A stretch of DNA of 64,000 nt, from positions 28,225 to 92,224 of the forward strand of contig JBITAJ010000031.1 of NCBI GenBank assembly GCA_044440125.1, in the 5' to 3' direction. Origin of the DNA: Sedimentisphaeraceae bacterium JB056 (lineage in GTDB: Bacteria; Planctomycetota; Phycisphaerae; Sedimentisphaerales; Sedimentisphaeraceae). Below, piece after piece: positions 20,001 to 29,082 of the stretch. The position numbers and the translations under genes were made by a program. The notes under the pieces were generated by a model. It had not been told where the DNA came from and made no database searches. It worked only from the letters and a program-made list of their open reading frames with translations. Position 1 is the first letter of the stretch; each line of letters opens with the position of its first letter.

Positions 20001-21752
20001 GCTATCGGTAAGGAAATGCTCTCCAATATAACAACTGATTATATGGATCTAATGGGCACATCCTCCGCTATCTATGAGAGAGACGGCAACTATACCCTCG
20101 GAATTTTTTCATCCGGCTGGTGTAAAACCTTAGATGATGCATCAAGAAAACTTTGTAACGCCGATAGTAATGAGCTGTCAGAATGCAGTAAATGGCATTG
20201 TCATCAATCAGGAAAGAATTGTGCACAAAAAGCTGTTGAAAGCGGCAAACCTGTTGACTCCGAATGCAACGGCGGGCTAAGAATCCACTCGGTTCCAATA
20301 GTGGCTTCAAACAAAACAGTAGGTGCAATAAATCTTGCGTATGGAGACCCGCCAAAAGAAATAGAAAAAATCAGAGAGATTGCCGAAAGATATGAGGTTG
20401 ATCCAGACAAACTCTTAGCAGAAAGTAACTGCTATCAAACCAGGCCTAAATATATAATCCAAATGGCTAAAAACCGGCTTGTAAATACTGCAAGGCTTAT
20501 CGGACTTCTTCTGGAGAGAAAACAGGCAAATGATGAAATTGAAAGAGCGAACAAGAGACTGCTCGAATCGGCTGAAAGGATGCAGGCTCTTGCCAAAGAA
20601 GCTCAGGCTGCCACAAAAGCCAAAAGCCATTTCCTTGCTAACATGAGTCATGAAATACGTACTCCAATGAATGGCGTTATAGGAATGCTTGAACTTCTAA
20701 TAGACACTCCGCTTACAGAAGACCAACTTAATTACGCAAACATAGCAAGATCAAGCGGGATTGCACTTGTAGAACTTATAAACGACATTCTTGATTTTTC
20801 AAAAATTGAAGCAGGTAAAACTGAGCTTGAAATCAACAATTTCAAACTTTCTGCCATCACAGAGGACATCATTAACATACTTTCCCCTGAAGCATCAAAG
20901 AAGGGTATTGAAATTATCTGCAATATTGAAGATGATATACCCAATGAGCTTCAAGGCGACAGTAAAAAATTACGACAGATACTGATGAACCTCAGCGGCA
21001 ATGCAGTAAAATTTACCAATAAAGGTAAGGTTGAAATTAAAATATCCAAAATCAAAAAATCAGATAGTTTTGTGGAGCTGAAATTTGAAATAAATGATAC
21101 CGGTATAGGAATAGAAGAAGACAAAATACATCTCCTGTTCAATGCATTCCAACAGATAGATAACTCAAACACAAGACAATTTGGAGGTACAGGGCTTGGT
21201 CTTGTAATCTCCAAAAAACTTGTTGAAATACTGGGAGGAGATATAGGCGTAGAGAGTCAAATTGGAAAAGGTTCAAAATTCTGGTTCACTTCAAAATTCG
21301 AGAAAATTGTCAATCAGGATAATCAATCACGAAAAGATGCCCCTGAGGACAATCAACCTATGAATATAACTTTCTCTGAATGTCATATATTGGTAGCTGA
21401 AGACAACCCGATAAACCAGAAAGTGGCAGTAGGTATTTTAGAAAAACTGGGAATCAAAGCTGATGTAGCCGAAAATGGCCATGAAGCGATAAAAGCCCTT
21501 GAAAACAAAACTTATGACCTCGTACTCATGGACGTTCAAATGAGCGTAATGGATGGAATAAAAGCCACTGAGATAATAAGATCGGGCGACTGCAAGATCG
21601 ACAACCCGCAATTACCTATCATCGCAATGACGGCAAATGCAATGGATAAGGATCGTAAGGAATGTCTTGATGCAGGTATGGACGACTATATCTCTAAGCC
21701 ATTTACACCAAATTCACTTTCTATGGTGCTTGAGAGATGGATGAAAAAATAG
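17016..21752 (+). CDS. Hybrid sensor histidine kinase / response regulator (Cache-like, CHASE, 3 PAS, PocR-like, HisKA, HATPase, REC)
   Basis: FLANMSHEIRTPMNG, NLSGNAVKFT, DTGIG, GGTGLGL, ILVAEDNPINQ, LMDVQM, ISKP; PAS motifs SIGDAVITTD, FLEANPAFEK, IIHPQDR. Start is TTG. Confidence 0.95.
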   Translation: MYDKRLILILLIILVLTLGLRIADNRAQIARDLKKENILSNSIDISLSLDIELVKQLTFSKADINNPAYIDICKHFKKYSSISDFEGIFSFTMVDGKLVFGPESYDLESELGSHPGDIYKNYPKEYIELFSGAKPFIKDLYTDEYGEFVTALTPLHDPETGKTLIVIGVDILGKDWNKITVDAYKDTLIITSLILFAIISISIASLIKKRQVNQSNKLKSLETYSVLLAGIILTICTTIVVYEYEIFHVKEKFNKYAYNDVELTRDSLDDLKKDVKLIKNYFDGSDFVFRNEFSTYASSAINSPAVKSLKWVPIVSNDKKDVFIEYTRQDDAPNFNIWYYATGKKAAPQEKDFYYPICYEAKPDNKKDLEGFDISTIPEVKLAIEKAINTSYPNIIDSSLISDSLDKSFSIICPVFSKKQDQDSKSAYGIIIIDFSPDELIENETFFMRSRNNYTSSGIIELVGDEAEFIYTRKCSEHKGVINAKWTKDQESSNYKLTPLFLFDRTFVALSHPTEEFYTNSPTHLSWASFIVGLIITAMISIFVGILSSKKSALEYLVAMRTKELSEQEKDLSTTLSSIGDAVITTDINSKITRMNPVANKLTGWSSADAKGQDVSKVFNIINTSTRKPAVDVVRKVLGLGITSNLSNHTSLISKDGKEYQIADSAAPIKDESGQIKGAVIVFHDVSEQYEIRQKAEESRRRFLSIFNHSINAVALHRMIFDADGNPTDYIFLEANPAFEKHTGIKIADAIGKRVTELHPGPQTKELIEKYGEVIKTGKPAIFDLYFKESDRYYSVKAYKTGKDLFATIFQNITEKKLAEDALIESQEKYKYLIDNIQGISYHCNFDKTWKMNFISEEISRLTGYPVSDFIDNSVRTFESIIHPQDRQMVWEIIEDAVSHGNKFKLEYRLICSNGQIVWVSERGQAIVENGIPVSLDGVIFDITDRKKAVAKLEQIEWMLSKEVISSTEEKSSRSNSKEICKKFSGIEANSIILNAIGKEMLSNITTDYMDLMGTSSAIYERDGNYTLGIFSSGWCKTLDDASRKLCNADSNELSECSKWHCHQSGKNCAQKAVESGKPVDSECNGGLRIHSVPIVASNKTVGAINLAYGDPPKEIEKIREIAERYEVDPDKLLAESNCYQTRPKYIIQMAKNRLVNTARLIGLLLERKQANDEIERANKRLLESAERMQALAKEAQAATKAKSHFLANMSHEIRTPMNGVIGMLELLIDTPLTEDQLNYANIARSSGIALVELINDILDFSKIEAGKTELEINNFKLSAITEDIINILSPEASKKGIEIICNIEDDIPNELQGDSKKLRQILMNLSGNAVKFTNKGKVEIKISKIKKSDSFVELKFEINDTGIGIEEDKIHLLFNAFQQIDNSNTRQFGGTGLGLVISKKLVEILGGDIGVESQIGKGSKFWFTSKFEKIVNQDNQSRKDAPEDNQPMNITFSECHILVAEDNPINQKVAVGILEKLGIKADVAENGHEAIKALENKTYDLVLMDVQMSVMDGIKATEIIRSGDCKIDNPQLPIIAMTANAMDKDRKECLDAGMDDYISKPFTPNSLSMVLERWMKK

Positions 21753-21792
21753 ACCAACAATATAATCAATTTAATCAAAAAAAGGACTTAAA

Positions 21793-22293
21793 ATGAAGTT
21801 CATAAAAGTCAATAACGATCCGCTGGTAGAAGAAACTTCAAAACTGGCAGCAGGTATATGGCAAGAACACTATGAACCTATAATCGGAAAACAGCAGGTT
21901 GAGTATATGCTTCAGAAATTCCAAAGCAGCAAGGCAATATCTGAACAAATCAGCAAAGGCTGGGATTATTACCTCGTTTGCGATCAGCATAATTGGGTCG
22001 GCTATATAGCCCTGCTTGCTGAACCTCAAAAGAAATCAATGCACCTAAGCAAATATTATATTGACAGTAAATATCGCGGCAAGGGTTACGGAAAAAAAGC
22101 CATGAACTTCATTATAGATAAATGCATGGAATCAAAACTCAATACACTTTGGCTTACTGTAAACAGACACAATACAGATTCAATAAAGATATATGAAAAA
22201 CTGGGCTTCAAGAATGAAGGGAAAATAAAATGCGATATAGGCGAAGGTTTTATAATGGACGATTATAAAATGGTTTATACCATTGAAGATTAA
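21793..22293 (+). CDS. GNAT family N-acetyltransferase
   Basis: YRGKGYG acetyl-CoA motif; LTVNRHN..SIKIYEKLGF. Confidence 0.92.
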   Translation: MKFIKVNNDPLVEETSKLAAGIWQEHYEPIIGKQQVEYMLQKFQSSKAISEQISKGWDYYLVCDQHNWVGYIALLAEPQKKSMHLSKYYIDSKYRGKGYGKKAMNFIIDKCMESKLNTLWLTVNRHNTDSIKIYEKLGFKNEGKIKCDIGEGFIMDDYKMVYTIED

Positions 22294-22319
22294 ATCAAAA
22301 CGACATTGAAACCTATCTG

Positions 22320-22844
22320 TCAAGCAAAATCAGTTATTGCAGCCAATGGGATTCTGCTTGTTAGATCAAAGCCCAACTCACTATTATTCTTTATAAACTC
22401 AAGATTAACGGCAAAAAGTTCATCGTTAAGAGAATCTATATTCAGAGTATTGAATTTATCAAATATAAAAGTCTCATCAATATCCTTAAAATTCAATTCA
22501 CAAAATGAAACGTTCCCTACCATCTCTCCATTCTGCTCCTCATGAAATACAATAGGCAAGCCATGAGTCCTGCAAATTATCGGCCTGTAAGAATAAATGG
22601 AACAGGCTCCATGCTGGTCAAGAAAGCCGCACGCCCTCTCATGAGAAAACTCTAAAGCAATCTTTTCCCTGCCTACATAATCAAGTATAGAATAAAATTC
22701 GACAGGAAAGACACTTAAATTCACGCAACAATCACTGCACCCCCGTCTACAGACCATATGCTTTTCATGCAAACGAGCCAGTCTCTCTGAAATACAATCA
22801 CACCCTTTAATAATTTCCCGATATTTTAATATACTCTTGTCCAT
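22320..22844 (-). CDS. YkgJ-family cysteine-cluster protein
   Basis: CRRGCSDCC, CGFL, CSIYSYRPIICRTHG. Confidence 0.88.
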   Translation of the reverse strand: MDKSILKYREIIKGCDCISERLARLHEKHMVCRRGCSDCCVNLSVFPVEFYSILDYVGREKIALEFSHERACGFLDQHGACSIYSYRPIICRTHGLPIVFHEEQNGEMVGNVSFCELNFKDIDETFIFDKFNTLNIDSLNDELFAVNLEFIKNNSELGFDLTSRIPLAAITDFA

Positions 22845-22859
22845 ATAACATTACATTTC

Positions 22860-25649
22860 TTATCGCAGCCATGCATCAGCAAAGAACGCAAAATCAATCA
22901 AATTCACGACCCCATCACCGCCAAGAGGCTTTATATCACATTGTAGATTTTCACCGGAATCAAGCCACTGCTGAGCAAGTATTATAATATCTGCATCATC
23001 AACCATAGAATCACCAGTAAAGTCAGCAAGAATAATCAACTCCTGCCATTTCAGAACAGGGTACTGCCCTTCTACCTGATGCCATGTTGAAATATAATCC
23101 CAACCATTTCCGGCAAGATTATCTTCAATCGTCAGCCAGTCAGTACTCACACCTTCACCCTGGTCAGTCCATAAAGTACCGGCTCTATCCAAATCAAAAT
23201 AGCAGTTCTCTACAGTTGCTCCATCTGAAAATGATGTTACGCCTCCTGAATAACCTCCACTATTCAATGTGCCTGCAAAATAACAGTTCTTTATCATAGT
23301 TTGTGTTAATGCATAAGCTGTTATTCCAGCAGGAAAATTCACAGCTGCCACATCCACCATAGAATAGCAATCACTAACAGTTGCCCCGACACCGCTGAGC
23401 CCCCCGCATATGCCTCCTACAATAAAATCACCGCTAACCTGCCCAGTAGCAAAACATTCGTTGATAACACCATCACACCACCCCGCTATTGGACCAACAT
23501 AATATGCGTTAGGCGTATTTATAGTTATATCAACAATACCAAGACCTGTAACCTGAGCTCCTTCATCCAGCGAGCCGAAAACACCGGCATATTCAGTAAT
23601 TCCGGTATCATCAATCATTATGTTGCTTATAGTATGCCCTGCCCCATCAAAATTGCCGCCAAAACCTGCCTGACCATTGATTCCGATGATATTGAAGTCA
23701 ACACCCGACATATCTATGTCTGCCGCAAGAACAAAACTTGCATCCCAATCGCCCTGCCTTGCACCTATAGAGTTAAATTGTTCAGATGTCTCAATTACGT
23801 ATGGATCGGCTACTGTACCACTGCCGTCGGCATAAGCGAGAGTCTCAACTGAAAGGACTTCTCCCCAGTTATTTGTTTCATCAACCTCATCAATACTGTT
23901 GAATGTGTCAACTTTTACTCTTAAATAATACACACTTGCATCATCAGGAATTGATACCTCAAGAATCTTCTCAACAACTGACTCCACCGAAAGCGGCAAA
24001 CAGGAAACACTCGCCAAAACAGCCTCATCACCAAGAGAATCCCAGTCAACTTCCGAAGCTTCTGAGCCATAAACACTCACAACAAAATAAGTTGGAGTTA
24101 TTGTAGAGCCTATATTTTTTATTGAAGCTGTGATATTTATAACTTCATTAGACGCAATTACTGCCTTATCGGAACTACTCGAAAGAACTGTAAGATCAGA
24201 TTTAACAGACACCGGAAGCATTACACCAGTTATTTCAGGGTATCCAGTAACTACACCCATATACCACACATCAGTCATATCCCAACCTACACTGCTAAAT
24301 GTGGAAGCTAATTGCATTTGTGAATCATCTACAGCATACAACTCAAAACTGCCGCCTGATTTTTTACCTATTCCGCTATGAATATCAGGATCAAAACCCG
24401 TCGTCTGCCAGTTCCAGAAAGACGCTAAAATCTGCCCCGATACTAATTCGCCTAAGAACGCCCCTTTATTTTGCGTACTTGTTGCAATACCTGTTGAATA
24501 AGATTTTGAAATATAACCATTTTCTGACTGTCGCCCACAAAAACCACCTGAAAATGCATTATTAGGGCTTCCAACAGAATAAGCGTCCGCATCGCCCCTT
24601 GCATAACAGTTACTTACACTACCTAAATTAGAACCCAAAGCACCACCGGCATAAGCACTGGCGGAATTATTATTTGCCTGCGATGAAGCCTCTACATTTC
24701 CAGAAGCAAAGGATTTGCTGATTATTGACTGTTCATTTCTGCCTACAAGCCCACCTGAGTATGATTCTGCCGGAGCCCCCGTTGCAGTCGCAAGAATATC
24801 ACTTGAAGATGAACATAAATCAATTATCGCATTAGACTTAGATGTACCGGCAATTCCACCGGCCCTTAGAGACACTTGCATTGCCGGCTCATTTATATTT
24901 ATACTCACAATGCCCGAACTGCTTGAATGTATAAGAATAGAATCTTCAGCCGCTATACCGGCAATTCCACCTGCCCAGCCGGAAGCGTTCAGCGAAGAAG
25001 ACGCTTTGTTTACAACAACATTACCGTTTATATAGCAATCAGAAACCGCCCCACTATTGTAACCTATTATTCCTCCCCCACAATAACTTGTTGTTAAATT
25101 GCCGTTTACGGCACAATATCCAACATAGCCTGTAACAGTATTATATCCTGCAACCAATCCGCTGTAAGTTGTCTGAGATGAAGCAACAACCCTGCCGTCT
25201 ATGCTGCAATCAGAGATAAACCCCTTATTAATACCGGCAACAACTCCGGCATAGAGCCATGAAGAATAATTTACAGAAACATTGGAACTAACAAAATTTA
25301 CGTTCTGTACAACCCCGTTTTCTCCTATTACTCCAAAAAAACCAACATAACTGTACGAGGTGCTCACTACTTTCATGCCTACTATATTATACCCACCGCC
25401 ATCAAAGCTGCCGGAAAAGTCGTTTGAATAGTTACCTATAGGCTTAAATGCAAGGCCGGTTATGTCTATATCATTAGTTACTACATAATTATCTGTCCAA
25501 TATGAAGAATTATTCATCAAGGTTGTAATATCAGTTAAGTTAGATATTTGGTAAGGTGACTGGAGCGAACCGTCTCCACCGCTAAAAGCAAACACAATAT
25601 TAACCGTAACAAAAATTAAAAGTGGCACGACACTCAATTTTTTCAGCAT
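22860..25649 (-). CDS. Secreted GLUG-repeat protein with CARDB-like Ig domain and dockerin-like C-terminus
   Basis: Signal peptide; FSGGDGS..SPYQI, FSGSFDGGG, GGLVG repeats; VDTFNSIDEVDETNN (CARDB); ADFTGDSMVD...GDGVVNLIDF. Confidence 0.85.
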   Translation of the reverse strand: MLKKLSVVPLLIFVTVNIVFAFSGGDGSLQSPYQISNLTDITTLMNNSSYWTDNYVVTNDIDITGLAFKPIGNYSNDFSGSFDGGGYNIVGMKVVSTSYSYVGFFGVIGENGVVQNVNFVSSNVSVNYSSWLYAGVVAGINKGFISDCSIDGRVVASSQTTYSGLVAGYNTVTGYVGYCAVNGNLTTSYCGGGIIGYNSGAVSDCYINGNVVVNKASSSLNASGWAGGIAGIAAEDSILIHSSSSGIVSININEPAMQVSLRAGGIAGTSKSNAIIDLCSSSSDILATATGAPAESYSGGLVGRNEQSIISKSFASGNVEASSQANNNSASAYAGGALGSNLGSVSNCYARGDADAYSVGSPNNAFSGGFCGRQSENGYISKSYSTGIATSTQNKGAFLGELVSGQILASFWNWQTTGFDPDIHSGIGKKSGGSFELYAVDDSQMQLASTFSSVGWDMTDVWYMGVVTGYPEITGVMLPVSVKSDLTVLSSSSDKAVIASNEVINITASIKNIGSTITPTYFVVSVYGSEASEVDWDSLGDEAVLASVSCLPLSVESVVEKILEVSIPDDASVYYLRVKVDTFNSIDEVDETNNWGEVLSVETLAYADGSGTVADPYVIETSEQFNSIGARQGDWDASFVLAADIDMSGVDFNIIGINGQAGFGGNFDGAGHTISNIMIDDTGITEYAGVFGSLDEGAQVTGLGIVDITINTPNAYYVGPIAGWCDGVINECFATGQVSGDFIVGGICGGLSGVGATVSDCYSMVDVAAVNFPAGITAYALTQTMIKNCYFAGTLNSGGYSGGVTSFSDGATVENCYFDLDRAGTLWTDQGEGVSTDWLTIEDNLAGNGWDYISTWHQVEGQYPVLKWQELIILADFTGDSMVDDADIIILAQQWLDSGENLQCDIKPLGGDGVVNLIDFAFFADAWLR

Positions 25650-25794
25650 ATTTTCCTCATATCAAAGATAATTTAATTTATTAGATAATTCATATTTTAA
25701 GTCATTGAAGCATTTTGTCAAAGGAAACAGTTCGACTATATACGTTTTAAAAGGCCGCAAGGTCGTCTCAAAAGATTATTTTGACATAGTTTAT

Positions 25795-25822
25795 TTGATT
25801 TTTAACAACGTAAAGGTATAAT
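25795..25822 (+). promoter_or_regulatory. Sigma70-type promoter
   Basis: TTGATT-16 nt-TATAAT. Confidence 0.5.
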
Positions 25823-25829
25823 TTCGTTA

Positions 25830-25990
25830 GTTTTAGTGCAATAGTCTGGACTAGAAAGAAGACTGAGTTACTGCAACAACATTCAGCCCTAAATCTGCAG
25901 CAGGGTAAATATACCTATCTTATTGTTTGTTACTTAGGTTTGAACTTGTGGAATTAAAAGTCTGACACAACCTATTTTGTTGACTAAAAC
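25830..25990 (+). ncRNA. Candidate structured RNA or 5' leader, family unassigned
   Basis: Ends pair (GTTTTAGT / ACTAAAAC) with further nested helices seen by eye; begins 8 nt after a TATAAT. Confidence 0.3.
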
Positions 25991-26008
25991 CATTTATATC
26001 ATTAATTT

Positions 26009-27136
26009 ATGAGAAGTGAATTGAAGAATATTACGGACAAAAATTTTGATTTAGAGGTTCTGGACAGTATCTCAGAGTTAATTCTAATAATGGATACTGA
26101 CATGAATATATGTTCTGTCAACAAAAAAGCTATAGATACGTTTCCTCAATTTGCCAGCAAACAACCGCCCAATGGTAGATGCTTTGAAATTTTATTCGGT
26201 AGATCGGAAGAATGCAAGGAGTGCCCTGTCAAGGCAGCAATATCTTCCAAAAAGAGCACATCAAATGTGATACAAAGCTCACCAGGTGTTTTCTGGCGTA
26301 TCAAAGCCGATCCTGTAATTGAAAATGACCAGATAAAATTCATTATTAAACGAATTGAAATAATAAAAAATCTTACTGATGTAGAAAAAAAACTAAGTGC
26401 TCTAAACAAAGAGTTCAAAAGATCAAACAAAGATCTGGAACAATTTGCATATGCGGTCTCGCATGATCTACGTGAACCTTTACGTATGATAGCAAGCTAC
26501 CTACAGTTATTGGACATGGAAAATAGCGATAAATTCGATGAAGAATCAAAGGAATTCATGGCTATAGCTTTTGATGGTGCTAAAAGAATGAATGACCTGA
26601 TTGACGGATTGCTCCAATATTCAAGAGTAGGTACAAGAGGCAAGATACCTGCTGAATGCAACTGCAATGAGATAATCAAAGATGCCAAGAATAATCTTAT
26701 GCTTCAGATAGATGAAGCCCAAGCTGTGATTTCTGAGAAAAATTTGCCCGAAAAAATAATGGCCGACAGATCTCAACTAATCCAATTGTTCAGTAACCTG
26801 ATAGGTAACTCAATTAAATATGCCAAACCCGAAATTACTCCTAAAATAGTAATCTCATGTGAAGACGATAATGATAAGTGGCAATTTTGCATCGCAGACA
26901 ATGGTATAGGCATCGAAAAGCAGTATTACGAGAGGATATTCCAGATATTCCAGAGACTCCACGGACGAACAACAATAAAAGGCTACGGCCTTGGACTTTC
27001 GATTTGCAAAAGGATCGTAGAACGCCATGGTGGAGAGATATGGGTTGAATCAGATAATGACGAAGGAACAAAATTCTTTTTTACACTGCCCAAAGAGGCT
27101 GTAATAAAGGAAGATCAGAATAATCAGGAAAAATGA
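26009..27136 (+). CDS. Cytoplasmic PAS-domain sensor histidine kinase
   Basis: FAYAVSHDLREPLR, NLIGNSIKY, DNGIG, IFQRLH, GYGLGL; PAS with C..C..CP (RCFEILFGRSEECKECP). Confidence 0.93.
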   Translation: MRSELKNITDKNFDLEVLDSISELILIMDTDMNICSVNKKAIDTFPQFASKQPPNGRCFEILFGRSEECKECPVKAAISSKKSTSNVIQSSPGVFWRIKADPVIENDQIKFIIKRIEIIKNLTDVEKKLSALNKEFKRSNKDLEQFAYAVSHDLREPLRMIASYLQLLDMENSDKFDEESKEFMAIAFDGAKRMNDLIDGLLQYSRVGTRGKIPAECNCNEIIKDAKNNLMLQIDEAQAVISEKNLPEKIMADRSQLIQLFSNLIGNSIKYAKPEITPKIVISCEDDNDKWQFCIADNGIGIEKQYYERIFQIFQRLHGRTTIKGYGLGLSICKRIVERHGGEIWVESDNDEGTKFFFTLPKEAVIKEDQNNQEK

Positions 27137-27151
27137 TTTTAGGAGAATTAC

Positions 27152-27940
27152 ATGAGATGCCATGAAGTGGATTACGAAATTTTAGGGGATGATATACAGA
27201 TAGTTGAAATAGAGCTTGATCCGAGCGAGACAGTTATTGCCGAAGCCGGCGCAATGAACTATATGGAAGAAGGAATCACTTTTGAAGCTAAAATGGGAGA
27301 CGGCTCCAATCCCGAGCAAGGCTTTTTCGGCAAGGTGTTTGATGCCGGCAAGAGAGCTTTTACCGGAGAATCTATCTTCCTGACTCATTTCACAAATAGA
27401 GGATACGGAAAGAAGCGCGTAGCATTTTCTGCTCCATATCCAGGAAAAATAATTCCTATAGATATGAAAAAGGTATCAGGAGATTTAATCTGTCAGAAGG
27501 ATGCATTTCTCTGTGCTGCGTTAGGAACTAAAATAGGAGTTGCTCTGACAAGAAAGATTGGAGCAGGCTTCTTTGGTCGTGAAGGCTTTATATTGCAGCG
27601 AATCAGCGGTGATGGACTGGCTTTCGTGCATGCCGGCGGCACAATCGTAAGAAAAAAGCTCAAGAACGAAACGCTGAGAGTAGACACCGGCTGTATCGTT
27701 GCCTTTGGACCGGGAATCGATTATGATATTGAGTTCTCAGGCGGCCTCAAATCAATGGTATTCGGCGGCGAAGGAATGTTCCTTGCCACACTCAGAGGCA
27801 CGGGCGTTGTCTACCTGCAAAGTATGCCGTTCTCAAAACTGGCAGATCGAATATACAGGGCAATGCCGCAAACCGGAGGAGCAAGAAAAGGTGAAGGCTC
27901 GGTACTGGGCTCATTAGGTGATATGTTAGACGGAAGATAA
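27152..27940 (+). CDS. TIGR00266 / AIM24 family protein
   Basis: [42 protein letters not shown]. Confidence 0.9.
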   Translation: MRCHEVDYEILGDDIQIVEIELDPSETVIAEAGAMNYMEEGITFEAKMGDGSNPEQGFFGKVFDAGKRAFTGESIFLTHFTNRGYGKKRVAFSAPYPGKIIPIDMKKVSGDLICQKDAFLCAALGTKIGVALTRKIGAGFFGREGFILQRISGDGLAFVHAGGTIVRKKLKNETLRVDTGCIVAFGPGIDYDIEFSGGLKSMVFGGEGMFLATLRGTGVVYLQSMPFSKLADRIYRAMPQTGGARKGEGSVLGSLGDMLDGR

Positions 27941-27947
27941 GATAGAC

Positions 27948-29078
27948 ATGAAAATAGTAGCAGATACGAATATCCCTTTCATCGGTCAGTGCCTTGAAGG
28001 TATCGGCCAGACAGTTATTGTCTCTGGCCGTGAGATAAACGCAGATATTGTCAGGGATGCAGATGCTCTGCTTGTCAGAAGCATAACAAAGGTAAACCGC
28101 GAGCTTCTGGAAGGTAGCAGCGTGAAATTCGTAGCCACGGCAACAATCGGGATTGACCATATTGATACCGACTATCTGGCCGCCAATAATATTGGGTTCG
28201 CTTCCGCCCCAGGTTCCAATGCAAACAGCGTGGCGGAATATATCACATGTGCCCTGCTGAATCTCGAAAAGAGATACGGGAAAAAGCTCGAAAACTCATC
28301 GATAGGTATTGTTGGCGTAGGTAATGTAGGCTCAAGGGTCGAGAAAAAATGCCTTGGGCTCGGAATGGAAGTAGTCCTTAACGATCCGCCGCTTGCAAGG
28401 AAAACAGGCGACCCCAAATACAGACCGCTTGAAGAGCTTTTCGATTGCGACTTCATAACTATGCACACACCGCTTACAAAAACCGGAGAAGACAAGACCC
28501 TGCATCTGGCAGACAAAAGCTTTTTTGCTATGTGTAAAACGGGTATAAGCTTCCTCAACTCCTCAAGAGGCAGTGTGAACAATAATGATGATCTGAAAGC
28601 GGCAGTCAGAAGCGGAAGAATCATCGGATGCGTACTTGACGTATGGGAAAATGAGCCCAATATAGACACCGAACTTCTTGAGTTGGCAGACATTGCCACA
28701 CCTCATATCGCAGGTTATTCCTATGATGGAAAGATCAAGGGAATGATAATGATCTACGAGGCCATGTGCAGACACTTTGATATTCCAATAAAGCGAAAGA
28801 TTGAGGAGTTTCTGCCGGAACCGGAAGTTAAATTGATAGATGCATCAAAAATAAGTATTCTGGATACTGTATCCAAGGTTTATGACATAACATCTGACGA
28901 TGCAGATATGCGAAAATTGATTGAGAAACAGAACACTGAACAAGGTGCTTTTTTTGATTTATTACGCAAAAATTATCCTCGCCGTCGTGAATTCCACAAT
29001 ACGATAATTACCGATGCGAGTGAAAAAAACGCTGATATACTGGAAGCAATTGGTTTTGAGGTATCGGACAGGTGCTGA
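27948..29078 (+). CDS. pdxB: 4-phosphoerythronate dehydrogenase
   Basis: ALLVRSITKV, TATIGIDH, APGSNANSVAEY, GVGNVG, LDVWENEP, TPHIAGYS, LRKNYPRRRE. Confidence 0.95.
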   Translation: MKIVADTNIPFIGQCLEGIGQTVIVSGREINADIVRDADALLVRSITKVNRELLEGSSVKFVATATIGIDHIDTDYLAANNIGFASAPGSNANSVAEYITCALLNLEKRYGKKLENSSIGIVGVGNVGSRVEKKCLGLGMEVVLNDPPLARKTGDPKYRPLEELFDCDFITMHTPLTKTGEDKTLHLADKSFFAMCKTGISFLNSSRGSVNNNDDLKAAVRSGRIIGCVLDVWENEPNIDTELLELADIATPHIAGYSYDGKIKGMIMIYEAMCRHFDIPIKRKIEEFLPEPEVKLIDASKISILDTVSKVYDITSDDADMRKLIEKQNTEQGAFFDLLRKNYPRRREFHNTIITDASEKNADILEAIGFEVSDRC

Positions 29079-29082
29079 TTTA

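Noticed and set aside
20180..20205. Heme c attachment motif in the hybrid kinase (CSKWHCH)
   Set aside because: Spacing is CX4CH rather than CX2CH and the domain is predicted to be cytoplasmic.
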